From the NCBI GenBank assembly GCA_001643675.2, contig LSRY02000022.1, forward strand, positions 124,001 through 188,000: 64,000 nucleotides of DNA, in the 5' to 3' direction. The stretch is from Monocercomonoides exilis PA203 (lineage: Eukaryota > Protista > Preaxostyla). This document shows positions 41,858 to 55,200 of the stretch, one piece after another. The position numbers were made by a program, and so were the translations under genes. Under the pieces are notes generated by a model. It searched no databases, had not been told where the DNA came from, and saw nothing but the letters and a program-made list of their open reading frames with translations. Positions within the stretch are counted from its first letter, which is position 1, and every line of letters begins with the position of its first letter.

Positions 41858-43201
41858 CTTAGATATGGCGTAACACTAAAGTTAAAAATATTGAATTTTA
41901 AATAAAAAAACGTAATATCGAGTATTTAAATTTCAAAATGAATAAAAGTTAATAATATTTAATAAGTTATCACACTTCCGTGATGCCAATTTCTTCACCT
42001 TTTTGTTTCGAGCAAAAGTGAAAGTGATTAAGTGAACGATCGAAATTAAGCAACTAAAAACAAAATATTTTCAATAAAGATTGATAAAAACAAATAAACA
42101 ACATTAATAAACACACAAACAGCAGAATTTATCAATATTTGAAAGCTATATGTGGAGAAACAGAAAGATGCAAATGAAATCAATGATCTCACCCATTATT
42201 TTTTTATTTTTAACATTTTTAAAACTGAACATGACGGACGAAGTTTCGCCAAATAAGAATAATTTTAAAATAATTAGAAATAGTGAGCTTTTCATATACT
42301 GTTTGCATTTTTTCCAACTCGTCTGTCAACTAGATTATATCTCGCCAAAAAAACTAAAATTTACAGAAAATAGCTGTATTCACTTGCTGGTCCACAAAGT
42401 TTGCTGTTCTGGAAGCATCAAGCTTCGCCTCTTCAAATACCTCCTCTTCAAGTGACATGCACTGCGCATGCTCCACAATCACAATCTCATTCGGCCGGAT
42501 GATCTTCTCCTTCTCCAGTGCATCTGCCACACACGATGTCAATTTGAACATATCCAAAGTTGACATGTTTAGCCCTTGGATGAAACCATTGCCTCCTCTT
42601 TCTCCACTGCTTACACCACAATAATCTGAATCAGCAATGTGTGATGGCCTAAATATGACCCCATAAAGCTGCCACATTCTCTTCCATTGTATGTGTATAG
42701 ACTGAAAGGAAAGTGGAACTTGCGAGAGAATTATACAGTGGGGTTTGCATCCGAAAAAGCGTGTCGTTCGTCTCTCGCTTTTCATCCACTAATATTCGTT
42801 AATATTCTCTTCAGAGTTTGTGTTCAACGCATAGAACAAATTGCAATATGTGCCTTGTGCAGCATACGAAATTAATAGCAAGCATTTGACGTTAACGAGT
42901 TGAATCACAAAAAAATACTCATAAAAAAGAATCGCTTTCAGATGCATTTCTGAAAGATGAATTATAATTCTTTCATTTTCACTGATATTCCATCTCGGGC
43001 TGACAAATTATTTATGAAAAAAATCGCATTGGTTGCTATTATTTCAGCTTTTTTAATAAAAATAAAATGAGAATATGGTTCAAATACATTAATTGCTTTG
43101 CGCTTTGCTCACAAAAATATCCACATGAAAATTAATGCATATTTGTTTTTGACACAATAAAATACAAAAAATTATAAATAAATTCCATTTTCCTGAAATT
43201 T

Positions 43202-43569
43202 TGTCAAATTGAACATCTCGATCACAAAAGTGGTCACTAATTTTTCTTCAGATTTTGCGACAAACAGACATAAAAAGATGTGGGGAAGCGGTTTGTGCGG
43301 AAATCTGAGAAAAAATTAGTGACCACTTTTGTGATCGCCAGTCATTTCGAAAAACACTTTTATTAAGGTTCTCATCGGATTTGATCCGTTGAACGATCGG
43401 AACTATTATAAAACTGAAAATTGAAATGACTGGCGATCACAAAAGTGGTCACTAATTTTTTCTCAGATTTCCGCACAAACCGCTTCCCCACATCTTTTTA
43501 TGTCTGTTTGTCGCAAAATCTGAAGAAAAATTAGTGACCACTTTTGTGATCGAGATATTCAATTTGACA
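43202..43569. repeat. 147-bp inverted repeat with 74-bp spacer; each arm holds an inverted pair of a 26-bp motif
   Basis: Arms 43202-43348 and 43423-43569. Motif GATCACAAAAGTGGTCACTAATTTTT at 43220+, 43311-, 43435+, 43526-, 48674+ and 48765-. Confidence 0.9.
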
Positions 43570-44310
43570 TATTTTCATGAAATATTTGCTTTTTGTTGTC
43601 TAATGTGATATTTTTGAAGTTTATTTTGAAATATTATCGATTTTTTTGTTAAATTAATTTTATTGATATTTATATAAGTATATAGCATGTGCATTGATAA
43701 ACTTTTTCGTGAACAAGTGGAAAAATAACAAAGATAAGTGGAAAAATATTCGTTAAAAAATAGCAATCGTTTTGCAGTCAAAATGACATAAATAAACAAA
43801 AAGTACTTCATGATGTCAATCATTAAAAAAATTAAAAACAGTCAGAAATATTCTTATCAGATTCTGCAAATTTCAAGAAAACATAATTCTATCACATAAT
43901 CATATAACTATCACCAAATATCAACAAAACGTCATCAATTTTGAACAATAAAAAATACAAGAAGAAACAGTACTATTTCAACAAATTCGTAGTATCAAAA
44001 ACAATTCCAAACAAAAAAAAATACTAATATTAAAAGTTCAAAAACTAACTTGTCTATTTTCCCTCCGTTTTCCATCCACTCTCCCCTTTCTGATATTTCT
44101 CTAACTTTGACTCAAAAAGATCAAATCCAACAAAGAAAAAAGACAGACACAATGATAAAACATCACTTCACACTCCCAACAACTCTCCCTTCCAAAAACC
44201 TCACCCAAAGATCAATGAATTCCCTCATAACTCTCTCTATTAATGAATCTCGATAAATACAAATATAAGCGGGACAATAACCAATTTAATTATAGGGACA
44301 TTATAGGGAC

Positions 44311-44474
44311 AAAAAGCGCAAGAAAACAATCGGATTCTAACTGTTGTGTACCTGGGAGGCTGTTCGTCGTATCCAGGTCCGGATAAAGCAGCCCGAAGGC
44401 TGCAATATCTAATACGAACAGTCATGTCCAGCACACTTCCGATAGAGTGCTAGCTAAGCATGCACAACAACTAG
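44311..44474 (-). ncRNA. Candidate structured RNA immediately 3' of the USP-transposase gene
   Basis: 12-bp closing stem (44337-44348/44463-44474), 8-bp helix (44360-44367/44414-44421), GCAGCC-UUCG-GGCUGC hairpin (44388-44403), UAUCC/GGAUA hairpin (44370-44385). Loop AUCGGA is complementary to downstream UCCGAU, and a U5 run lies at 44311-44315. Confidence 0.6.
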
Positions 44475-44478
44475 TTTC

Positions 44479-47400
44479 TTAAAAAGGGACGCCATTAATA
44501 CAATTTTGAGATTCATTTAAAGATGAAGAGTCAAGAAGAAGCTCAAATCTTCTGGAAAGAAGATCTTGAGAAGATTGAGAAAGAAGAGAATAGTTAGATG
44601 ATGTGATATCAGAGTGAAATGACTTCCTTGATCTTTGGACTTTTTCTTTCATTGTTGAAGATTCGAGGGCAACCAGAGAGCGTTGAGGAAGATATCCAAC
44701 ATCTGAAGCACAGACAAATGAGCCTTTGCGCTCAAAATACTAATAGTCCTTCACGTGAGGGACTTACAATGACGGCCATGAAATTTGCTGAGATGGTACA
44801 TACTCTTTAAAGTACCTCTCATGCACAGAGTCATTGACAGATGTTGACGATGGTGAAGAGTTTGATGATGATGTTGAGAAAATGTCTTGTTGTGAAGTTG
44901 AAGAAGCTGATGTTGAAACATTCATATTGTTTTCGAAGAAGTTGATCAAGTCATGAAGTGTAGTGATGTGTTCAGTGGATAGATTGTTGTCGATTGCATT
45001 CACTAACGCACCAAATTCACTATCACAGATATTCTTTCCGTGGTGCTCAGCGAAGAAGTTGAGTTGAGTATTTTTCTTTTTCAGAAGTTTTGATTGTTTG
45101 AAGAGGATGAAGAAAAGAAGGAAGCGATTTCGGTTGTGTGGACCAGAATCGCAGAAGAACTTAAAAGTTTGAGTGTCTGAGAAGAAGTGTCTTTTGATCA
45201 CAGATTCCAGACACTCAATAACAAATCTGTGATCATTTGAGAGGCAGTCGGAGAAGAAGTTGAATGTTCGTTTTATTTGTTGATTATTTATTTTTTGAAG
45301 AGAGATGATTGTGAATTGAGAAACTTGTTGATAGTTGAAGAACTCTTGTTTTGGTTGATTTTTTCTGATCGGGAGTTTCCATTTCTCTTTGAAGTCGAAG
45401 ACGAAGACTGCTTCTCCCTCTTTCAGATTATCAACAGTTGATTGATAGTGTTTTCGTTGCATTTCTGCAACTAGTCGATGTTGTCGAAGAAGTTTGAGTG
45501 TGTGAAATTCAGCAGAAGAAAGTCCATTTTTGTTTGGAGATGATTTGAGTTTGTTTTCGAGATAACTCAACTTCTCACACATTCCACAGAGATCCGTTCT
45601 TCTTTTCGCTTTGGAGAAGTTGGTGGTGAGTTTGTAAAAATTAGACAAAGAAACTTTGATATTTGTTTCTTCTGAAAACTCTTTCCATAATCTCGTCTTT
45701 GGCTTGAAGATTAATCTCTTTTCGTTGGGAGAAAAGATGCCAGTTTTCTTTCTTTTTTCTTTCAAAGCTTCCAATCCATAACTTGTTGAAATTGACGAAG
45801 AGAGTGGAGGAATGAAAGTTGTTCGAGGAGGTGGCGTGATGAATGATGATGATGATGACAAAGACGAAGACGATGATGATGATAAGTTATTTGATGTGTT
45901 CAAATTTGATGTTTCTGAAGAAGAAGATGAACCACCAAATTGAATAGTTGAAAACGTTGGTTTTGTTTTTTCCTTGATATAGAATGAAAGTGAAGGTGTG
46001 AAACCCTGAGCGTAAATATCTTTCCATGATGAATTCCAATTATCATTATCAAATTCTGTCATATCAGCGTCATTACAGATTTTCCATCTGCTGTTGTTTC
46101 CACTCTTTCTTTTGATCACAGCGATGTTGTGTCCATTTTGGAGATCCAGACGCTTGAAAAGAATTTGTCCAATAAGATGGTAGATGATCGTTTCCTGATT
46201 ATCTTTTTGAAGATGTTTATAATTTTCTTCTGAAAACCCTTTGCAGAAAGTGTGCTGGTTATCACGATCTGTTTCAATTAGTAATGTTCTTGAAGGTGCA
46301 GAACTAGCATTGTCAGTGCATTCGTGACAGAGGGCTAGCACCTCTGGAAATGCAGTCATTTCCTCCCATCGAGCAGCACAGCATTTCTCTTTGCAATTGT
46401 TGCAATAGACAGCATTTTTTTCCGTTCAATATCTCAGTAGAAAAGAGAGAAGATAGACCTTAATGAGGAGAAGATGAATTAATAACTTCATTGTTGACAA
46501 TTTCATTGAAACGATTTGAAACTTTTTGGCATTGATGGCATTTCAAATGAGTGATCAAAACAGGGTTGAAGCTATCTTATTTTATTAACTCATCTTTTTG
46601 AAGAAGTTGATGAAGATTGTCAAATGCTTCTGTCACATTTTGTTGCTGTCTGCTTTTATATCCACAAAAGTCTTCCCATTTGTTGATCAGTGATGGGACC
46701 CACGAACGCACCGCCATTCCATCTTTAGTTAGTTGTTGACAAACACTCAATGCTCGAGAAGATAAATTGTTTTTTAATGATGTGGTTTTAATTATTGATT
46801 GATTTTGTGAAGTGATTGAAAAAAAACACTGAAGAAGAGAGGCAAGATAACATGTGTTGCCCAAATTGATTAATCCTTTTAAACTGTTGTTTGTTGTGTT
46901 TGTTAAGTTTTGTGAACGTGATGATGGAAATGGAGATGTTATCGGAATAGAAGGATGAAGATTCATTGAGTTGTTATTTGAAATGTTTTGTAAAGATCTA
47001 TTGTTGTTTGATAATTCATCATGATTTGATTGAGGAGCTTGTGATGGAGTTATTGAAATGTCATTATTTTTTGGAAATGTTGAGAGAAGATCTTGAAATG
47101 CCTGTGGAGGAATTAGAGTGGGAGAAGTGACATGTTCAAGCAATTGCTCGCTCACCCACACATTTTCATTTCGAAAATTTGAAGAGGAATTGCCAGTTTA
47201 TGCCGTATCGATTGTTATTTTTTGTTGCTTTTTTGAAGAAGAGGAAGAACATGAAGATGAGGAAGAAGAAGATGAGGAAGATGAGAAAGATGAAAAAGAA
47301 GATGAAAAAGAAGGTGAAGAAAAAGGTGAAGAAAATGGTGAAGAAGAAGAAGATGGAGGAGGAGGAGAAGAAGAAGAAGAAGAAGATGTTGATGGTTTTT

Positions 47401-48391
47401 TTGTTTTGAAAAATTTGTGAATTGGAATTGGAGAAGGAGACGAATAACGTTTATGACCTGATTTGTTTGCTTTTCTTTTTACTGTCGCCCTTTCTCTCCT
47501 TATTGGTGTGTTGATTGGGGCATCAACGGCTTGAGATGGAGAAGAATTTGAAGATGGAGAATTTTTTTCTGAAATGGGATTAGATTTTTTATTTTGTTGA
47601 GACGATGTTGAAGAGGAAGAAGATTGTTTTTTATTTAAAGAAGAGTTTTCCGTAATTATTTCTTCACACAAGCTGCTTCGTCTATAAATCTTGCGTAATC
47701 TGGTTCAGCTCGCTGCTTTTTCTTTGCAGACTGAAGCGAAGTTGAAGCTTCAGTCGAATGGGCTAACATCCAGTTGTTGCCCTTTTCCCAATCCTGTTCA
47801 TTTAAGCCTAAATTTACAGAGAGAATTATTCAAAAAAATAAATATACAAATACAAACCACTTTTGCAAGACGGAATGTGAGGTTTTTGAGGCGGGATGAT
47901 AAATCCTTGGTTTTTTTTTTTAATGTTTGCTTCGCGTAAATAAATTTCCCCTCTGTGACATCATATCCATAGTCCTGTAAATCGGATAATGATGTGTTGC
48001 GGGAAAGCGCTTGCAGCATTGTTGTCTGAGTGTGCAACGGTGCGTTGTTGTACACCACAGACAGGTCTTCCAGCAGCTTTATGTGATATTCTGTTTCAAA
48101 AAAAACAAATAATAAACAAAAAAATAAGAAAATGACAAGGATGACAGTTCATAAATTTTTCTATACAAAAACTCAAAAAATAAAAATCAAACCATTCAAA
48201 GACTTCAGTAAATCATCAATTACAGAAGATGATTGCCTGTAAGTGTAAAACAAATAGGCAAGCAACGAATCCACGTCATCTCCGCCGATGCGCTTTATTT
48301 CATTCCAAATAACTTTGCATCGAGAATAAAGAGTCGATTGAGGTTTGGAAATATTCATTGTTTTTATTTTTCTGAATTTATTATGGAACAA
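44479..48391 (-). pseudogene. USP (peptidase C19) domain fused to a Sola-like DDD transposase, decayed
   Basis: USP motifs: Cys box GLINLGNTCYLASLLQC and QQQNVTEAF (46577-47161), Zn ribbon CHQC/CNNC in the gap, His box GHNIAVIKR…WKICND. The His box is in the same ORF (44764-46359) as RRTDLCGMC, FDFKE, FFCDSGPHNRN and FFAEHHGKNICDSEFG. The frame continues through two stops to TAA 44479-44481. Upstream exon fragments reach 48391. Confidence 0.8.
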
Positions 48392-49299
48392 AAGTCACAT
48401 TTCTTTTTCGGTGAAAAACACTATGTTTCACACAAAAAAATAAATATTAATGTAATTTATATTTATCAAAATGATGAAATGATATTAGAAACTGATATCA
48501 CAATTAATAGTCTTCAAACAATAATCAATGCAAACATGTTTCTTACAAAAACTAATGAAAATAACATAAGAACAACAAAACATAAACAAATATATATATA
48601 AAAATATATTAATAATGAATAAAACCAAGAAAAACATTGCATTTTCATGAAAAAATGTCAAATTGAACATCTCGATCACAAAAGTGGTCACTAATTTTTT
48701 CTCAGATTTCCGCACAAACCGCTTCCCCACATCTATTTATGTCTATTTGTCGCAAAATCTGAAGAAAAATTAGTGACCACTTTTGTGATCGAGATGTTCA
48801 ATTTGACAAAATTTCAGGAAAATGGAATTTATTTATAATTTTTTGTATTTTATTGTGTCAAAAACAAATATGCATTAATTTTCATGTGGATATTTTTGTG
48901 AGCAAAGCGCAAAGCAATTAATGTATTTGAACCATATTCTCATTTTATTTTTATTAAAAAAGCTGAAATAATAGCAACCAATGCGATTTTTTTCATAAAT
49001 AATTTGTCAGCCCGAGATGGAATATCAGTGAAAATGAAAGAATTATAATTCATCTTTCAGAAATGCATCTGAAACTGTATCTTCTTCATCGAATTTTTAT
49101 TTTTTTATTTCGTTATTATTCTAACATCGTTCATTATTTGTTTTTTTGTTTTTGATATTTTTTTTTTGAAGTTCACATATTTTCCAATTTTAATTTCTTT
49201 TTTCATTTTTCGCCAATATGAACATTTTATCACTTTTTGTTATTTGTTAAATAATCAATTCATCTGACAATTGGACATTATCTATCATGGTTTTAAAAC

Positions 49300-52200
49300 A
49301 ATACAAGCAATTTATTATAATACAATGGACACTGTTGAAGGAGAAAAAGAAAAAACAGCAGTTCTGTTGAAAGATGAAAAAAAGTCATTTTATCAAAAAA
49401 TTAAGATACTTGGAGAAAGCTCTGTTTAATTGAAGAAAAGTTTCTTTTTTGTTGAATGAAGAAGAAGAAGAAAAAGAGATGATGTGAAAGAGAAATGTAC
49501 AATAAATCGAATGATATTTCTGAAGAAAATGATGAAAAGGCTTCATGTGATGCTGTCATTGAGTAAAAATATTGTTTATGATAAGTTATCTTCATATTGA
49601 TAAGAAAAACATAATCACAAAAAATTCAACAAACAGATTGATGCATACCAATTGAATTGGATATCCACTGTTCATTGACTGCACTTGAGTGGTCGATTCC
49701 TCTTTCCCCTCAGAAACTGAAAATGTTGATTTCCTCAAATTCCTCTTCTTCATCTTCTTTCAATCACCTCCATCAGGGTTCAATCATTCTCTCCCTTCTC
49801 TCATCCTCTCATCATATTTTCTCTTCCAATCCACATCCTTTCCCATCTCTCCCACTTCTTTTGAATCTTCTCTTCCAAAATCCAAGTCATTCACTCTAAC
49901 TTTCTCCATCTCTGCGCTTCAACAATCTCTTCATCATTTTCTCCAAAACTTATCCATTAACAATTCCCCTTTAATTGCGTTGCTTATGATCGGATCTGAT
50001 GTTTCCTGTTTCTTCCTTCAAACATCACTCGTTGTCTGTCTCTTATTCAAAATAAATACATTTCAAAAAATAAAATATAAAATTGAATAAAATAAGACAC
50101 ACTTGAATGCTGTGTGAAAATGACTCAAGCCAAGCAAACTCATTTCAACTTCTTTTTGAGTCTCCTCCCTTTCCTTCTTTCTCCAACACACCTTTCAGCA
50201 GGCAAGCCGCACAAATCAACAGCAATTCCACTGAAAGGCCTTCATTCAGAATTACGTTCCATTGCAAACATTCCCCCAGAAGTCTTTCATCCTTTTCTTA
50301 TTCGTTCTTCTTTTCATCAAAATTCTTTTTCTTGTATCTTTTCCTCAGTGAAGAACGAAAATAAAAAGTCATTGTCCCTCAAGTCCTTTGGCCCTTTTGA
50401 ATATACCCCCAAAGGCTCCAATACCAAAATCTCAACCCCAACCCCAATCCCTTTTCATCCACCTTTTTCTTGATTATCTTTTCAACAACCCACTCCACAA
50501 ATAGCGCCCGTATCTTCAAATCTCATGTCTTCCCGTATTCCATCCATCCCTTCACTTTTCCCTTTTTGCTCCAGGTCCCTCAAATTGTTCAATCTCCTAA
50601 GCCCCTTTCAAAAGTTAATAAATAATTTCTTTTTTCATAATAATAAAAAAAGAACAGATAAAATCGCATAAGCAGTGATTCAATATGCCCGGAGCACACC
50701 CTGAAGTATTTGCTGCTGGTCCTGCTGCATTCGGAAAAATCAAAGTGAAGCAATATATTGATTCCTTTTCTGAATGTTGGAGGAACATCTGCATCAAAAG
50801 TGTAACAAATATCGATTAAAATACCTGAATATGCACAAGCATTAACTTATTCCTCTGCGTCATTTGTTGTCTTTTGCCTCAAGACAGGCAAGACGAAGGG
50901 CAACAAAACATTCATTTATTGTTTGGTTATTTAATAAGGGTCTGCAACCTATAATTTTATTAGTGAAGATTTTTGATAAATTATTTGCTGCAGCCAGAGC
51001 ATGTTTGAGCTGCTTTGATGCAAGACCAAGGATACATCCATTCGAGTTATAGCATTTCAGAAGAGCAGGGATTTTGCCTATGGAGTGAGGAGCGAGTGGC
51101 TGTTTGCATCGATTGCTTGCGAAAAGTGAGTTAGTGGAGGAAGTTGCATGATATTTGAACTTGGTTATATATAACAAAACATATGATACAACATCAGCTG
51201 TTGTATTTTGAATGAGAAATAACTCAAGCAAGATGCAAAAAAAGCGAGCAGAATATCAGAAAGATTGAATTGAAACGCTTTGTCATTTTGTGGAAATGAA
51301 GTGCACTTGGCATATCTTTTGCACAGGACTTGTTTTTCATGGGCTTATTGGGAGGAAGATTTTATTTGTGGAAAAGGATAGGGAATTGGGGGTTTGAAGA
51401 ATGGAAGAAGCGAACACAGCGAGACACTCAGCAGGCCTTAACAACAAACGCATTGCCATTTACGTGAAACCCTTTGGAAAACTATCAACAAAGGCATGGC
51501 GTTGAATTGGGTTTTGAAAAGGAGTTTATTTGGAGAATATAATCATTCACATGACTTCATCATCGGTTTCATAAAGGATTCTCTGCTTTCGATGATGTTC
51601 CATGCAAGCCTTTATAGTCCAGTTGTCTGTTTTTTATGTGGTAAGAGGCAATTTTGGAGAACAAGAAAGCCAGCTGGGCTGATTATCACCAATCCATTGG
51701 AAATGGGAAAATATTTCAAGGCCAAAAAGATGGTTTGACTTTTTTTATTTGACTCATTATTCTTTAATGGTATTCTTTGAATGAATACAGAATGACTATG
51801 AACAGGAATGCAATTGAAAGAGAAGCCTTCTTTTCATTTCACGAAAGAACCAGAAGTTTTGAGATTATTCTTGTTTGGATTGCATTCAATGATGATATTC
51901 GTGACTTCTGCCATATGTCTTGAATGATGCATAGCCTGACAATGCTTAACATGATCTTGAAAAAGAAGAAGCAGTTTGTTTGGCTTATTTGTGAGAGTGT
52001 ACGGCAGAAGCGACTCTTTTGTCAGAGCACATGAACTTACTGGACAATTCACATTCAGAACACATTCAGTTTTTTTCTATCGCCCAACGTGACTTGGAAA
52101 AACTTCCATCTTCTATTTTTCTTCACCTTCCCCATCATTCTCAACAGTCTCGCTTCAATAAATGATGTTCATTGCCAGAATCGACACATCAATCACATAA

Positions 52201-55200
52201 TCATAAAATTCGTCATTTTCTTCTTTTTAAATTTGAAATTATTGCCATTGAAGTCAACTTCATCAATTGTCAACGCCTTCTTAGATTTCGAATTCTTCTT
52301 TGCCCATACGCTCATCAGATGTTTCGTTCGTTTGAATTATGAACACCAACGGACAAACACAATTTTATTTTTCTGAGGTGCAAAGCAGTTCAACCACTCA
52401 AAGGCAGTCGATGATTTGTGGACTGATTTCTTCATCTGTTTGTATCTCTCTCTCTTTCACATATTTTGTGATGAAGATTGTTTATATCATCTGAAATCAA
52501 CTCAGCGAATGAATTATTTTAATCAATCGATATTCCTCAAGTCATTATCAACATCTTTAAATAAGGATAAAATTCGTTTAACAATTCTCAGTTGCTCCAC
52601 CTTCATAGCTTTCATAATCTTCTGCTTCCTATTCTATCTCTTCTTCCTATTCTTCACTTTCTTCTTCTTCACTCTCTTCGTCGTCTTCGCCTTCTGCTGC
52701 TTCATCTTCGTCTTCTTCACCTTCTTCTTCTTTTTCTTTCTCTTTCCATTGCTATTTAATTCCTTCAGCTTATCGTCATCTTTTTATGAATTCCAAAATA
52801 AGCCAATGAGAACATTCTCATTCGAAGAAATGCAACCCAAAAGCTTCTGTTTCTCCGACAGACACATTCTGCACACAACACTCCTTCTCCTTCTTTTTCA
52901 TTTTCTTCATCTTCGTCGTCTTTATCATCTGATTTATCACCATCAACCTCAAAACAAGCAATACAATCTTCTTCTGCATCATATTTTGACCCTTCCTCCA
53001 ACTTTTTTCTTCTCCACCTTCTTCTTCGACTTCACCTTTATCTTCGTCATCATCATCTTCTTCTTCTTCTTCTTCATTGTATCAATCTTCTATTTGGACT
53101 CCTTCTTCTATTGATCAATCTTCTTCTTCTTCTTCTTCCTCTTCCTCTTCCTCTTCCTCTTCCTCTTCCTCTTCCTCTTCCTCTTCCTCTTCTTCCTCTT
53201 CTTCTTCCTTTTTTTCTTCAAAAACAGAACAATCTCAAATTTCTTCATAGAATATCTAATTCACTCCAGCATCGATATTTTATTCAATCATGTTTGTGGA
53301 GTGAGGTGGGGCAGAGAAATGGACATCTTCTTTGAGTCGCTGGAGGATCTGATCTCAGAAAGAGAGAAGCTGAAGAAGCTGACAGAGAACAAAGATAAAA
53401 CAGCAAAGACAAACATGCGATGGAAGACAATGAATTGACTGAAAATTCATCACCTTGTTCTTCACTGGTATGCCATTCTTCTGTTTCTGCTTCGCGTATT
53501 AAGTGAGAAGGAAGACAAAACGAACTGAGGTATGATGTTTCAGGCACTCGATTCGACATTTTGGACATAGATGACATTGAAGAAAAAAAGAGGAAAAATA
53601 AAAAGAGAGAGAGAAGAGAGAGGAGGTATGATTGTACCCACAATCACGAATCATCCGAATTTTCAGAAAAACAAACATATTTATCAAGCAGCAGATGCTC
53701 AAACTACAACATTTCGAATGACTTAAAATGCATCTTCTTTCTTTTCATCATCGTCAAGTTCTGCTTCTGTTTTTGCAAACACAACAGCAACATCTTTATC
53801 GACTTCTTCTTCAGCTGCCTCTGTGAAAACTTCCTTTGACAGCAGTGAGCCATGCCTCAGTTCAATCACACAAACAATTCCTTATCCTATCTCTTCTTCC
53901 TCTCTGCTTTCCATCTCTCAACTCCACCCTTGTCTTTGCTGCCTCTTTCTCAACTCCCTCACTCATCAAAACGCGCTCCTTCTTTTTATATCACACCCAC
54001 ACACTCACCTATTCACTCTGATGTGTTCTTCTCCTTCGTTAACACAGCTTTTCCATCCATCGTTCTTCTGTTATGCCGATGCCCTTTTGTTTGAGGTGGA
54101 GTTCTTCAGGCAGATGCTGGGAAGAAAAGAAAAAGAGGTCAACAGGAAGAAAATGAAGAATATGAACGAGAATGAACAAATGAATGAAAGAAGAAGAAGA
54201 AGAGGAAAAAGAATTGAACATGAGAAATATTAAAAGATAGAGAAAGATGGAACTTCAAATAGAAAAGTTGATAGAATGATCCATTTGAAGTCATTTGTTG
54301 GAAGTAGAACATCTGTTGTTATTTGTTCTTCAAAGAATGGAAGCCGGCTGGAAAAGTTGTGGCAGAGGAAGAATTTAAATGTTCAATTGTCAAAAAGCAG
54401 GAAGCAGAAACAGCAGGGGAGAATGTAACGAAGTCAAACATAAGAGGAAATGCACAATTTTGTATCGAAGACAAAGAGGAAGAAGAGAGAAGGAAAAGCG
54501 AGCAGAGTGTTTTGAACGGAAGTGAGTCTGAAGTGTCGAAATCAGCTTCGTTGAAAGACAGGCATGCTCGTGACACATATTCAGTGATTTCATCATCATT
54601 TTCTTCTTATTCACAGAGCATCAAAACGTTTTTCAGTGATCCAAAGGAAAAGACAAAAAAAAGGCAGCTTGAAGGAAGAAATGCAGCAAAGATAACATGG
54701 TTCTGCTTCAAGAAGAAGATGATGATTTTTTTGTGTCAAAGAATACAACTGCTAACAAAGCTTTGACCCCATCTGTTTCTCAATCATCATCCTCTGCTTT
54801 GCCTATCCCTCAGATTTCTTTATTGATCCCTCCACAAAGTTCCAACAAATACGCAAAGGATCCACGAAGCAGCATTCATGCAACATTGGAAGAGATGAAG
54901 AGGAGGAAAAAGGAGAAAAAGAATACAGATTTTCTTTCGCTGAATTCGTCGCTGATAAGCGAAAGGATGCAGACTCTGATAATTGTTTGTAACATTGCGC
55001 TTTAAGATGACAAGTTGTTTGAGGAGGAAGTGAAAGATGTGGATGTGGTGAGAGGAGTAGAAGAGGGGGAGAACGAAAGGAAGAAGGAGAGAAAGGAGCA
55101 ATAAACGAAGGCGAGAATGAAATTTGACGAAAGATTGAGGCGAATAAAAGAAAGGAAGCTGAGAGAAGAAAGAGAAAGAGAAGCAGAAAGAATGAAAAAC

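Larger units (their letters stand above)
38020..42346 (-). mobile_element. Merlin (IS1595/ISXO2-like) DNA transposon with ~1.3-kb TIRs
   Basis: Termini GGCGAGATATAATCTAG…CTAGATTATATCTCGCC. 8-bp TSD AAAAAAAC (38012-38019, 42347-42354). Arms 38020-39318 and 41052-42346 surround a central DDE transposase. Confidence 0.93.
42936..49074 (-). mobile_element. Sola-like DDD transposon region framed by 402-bp inverted repeats
   Basis: 42936-43337 is the reverse complement of 48673-49074 (2 mismatches seen), with a transposase gene inside. No TSD at these outer ends, so the true termini are uncertain. Confidence 0.65.

Noticed and set aside
43349-43422. B-box/T-loop-like GGATCAAATCC on the minus strand of the spacer
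   Set aside because: No cloverleaf or A-box could be built, so it is not called a tRNA.
44372-44400. Plus-strand CCAGGTCCGGATAAAGCAGCC resembles the bacterial SRP RNA core
   Set aside because: The apical UCC-GNRA-GGA stem cannot form, and these bases are better explained by two other hairpins.
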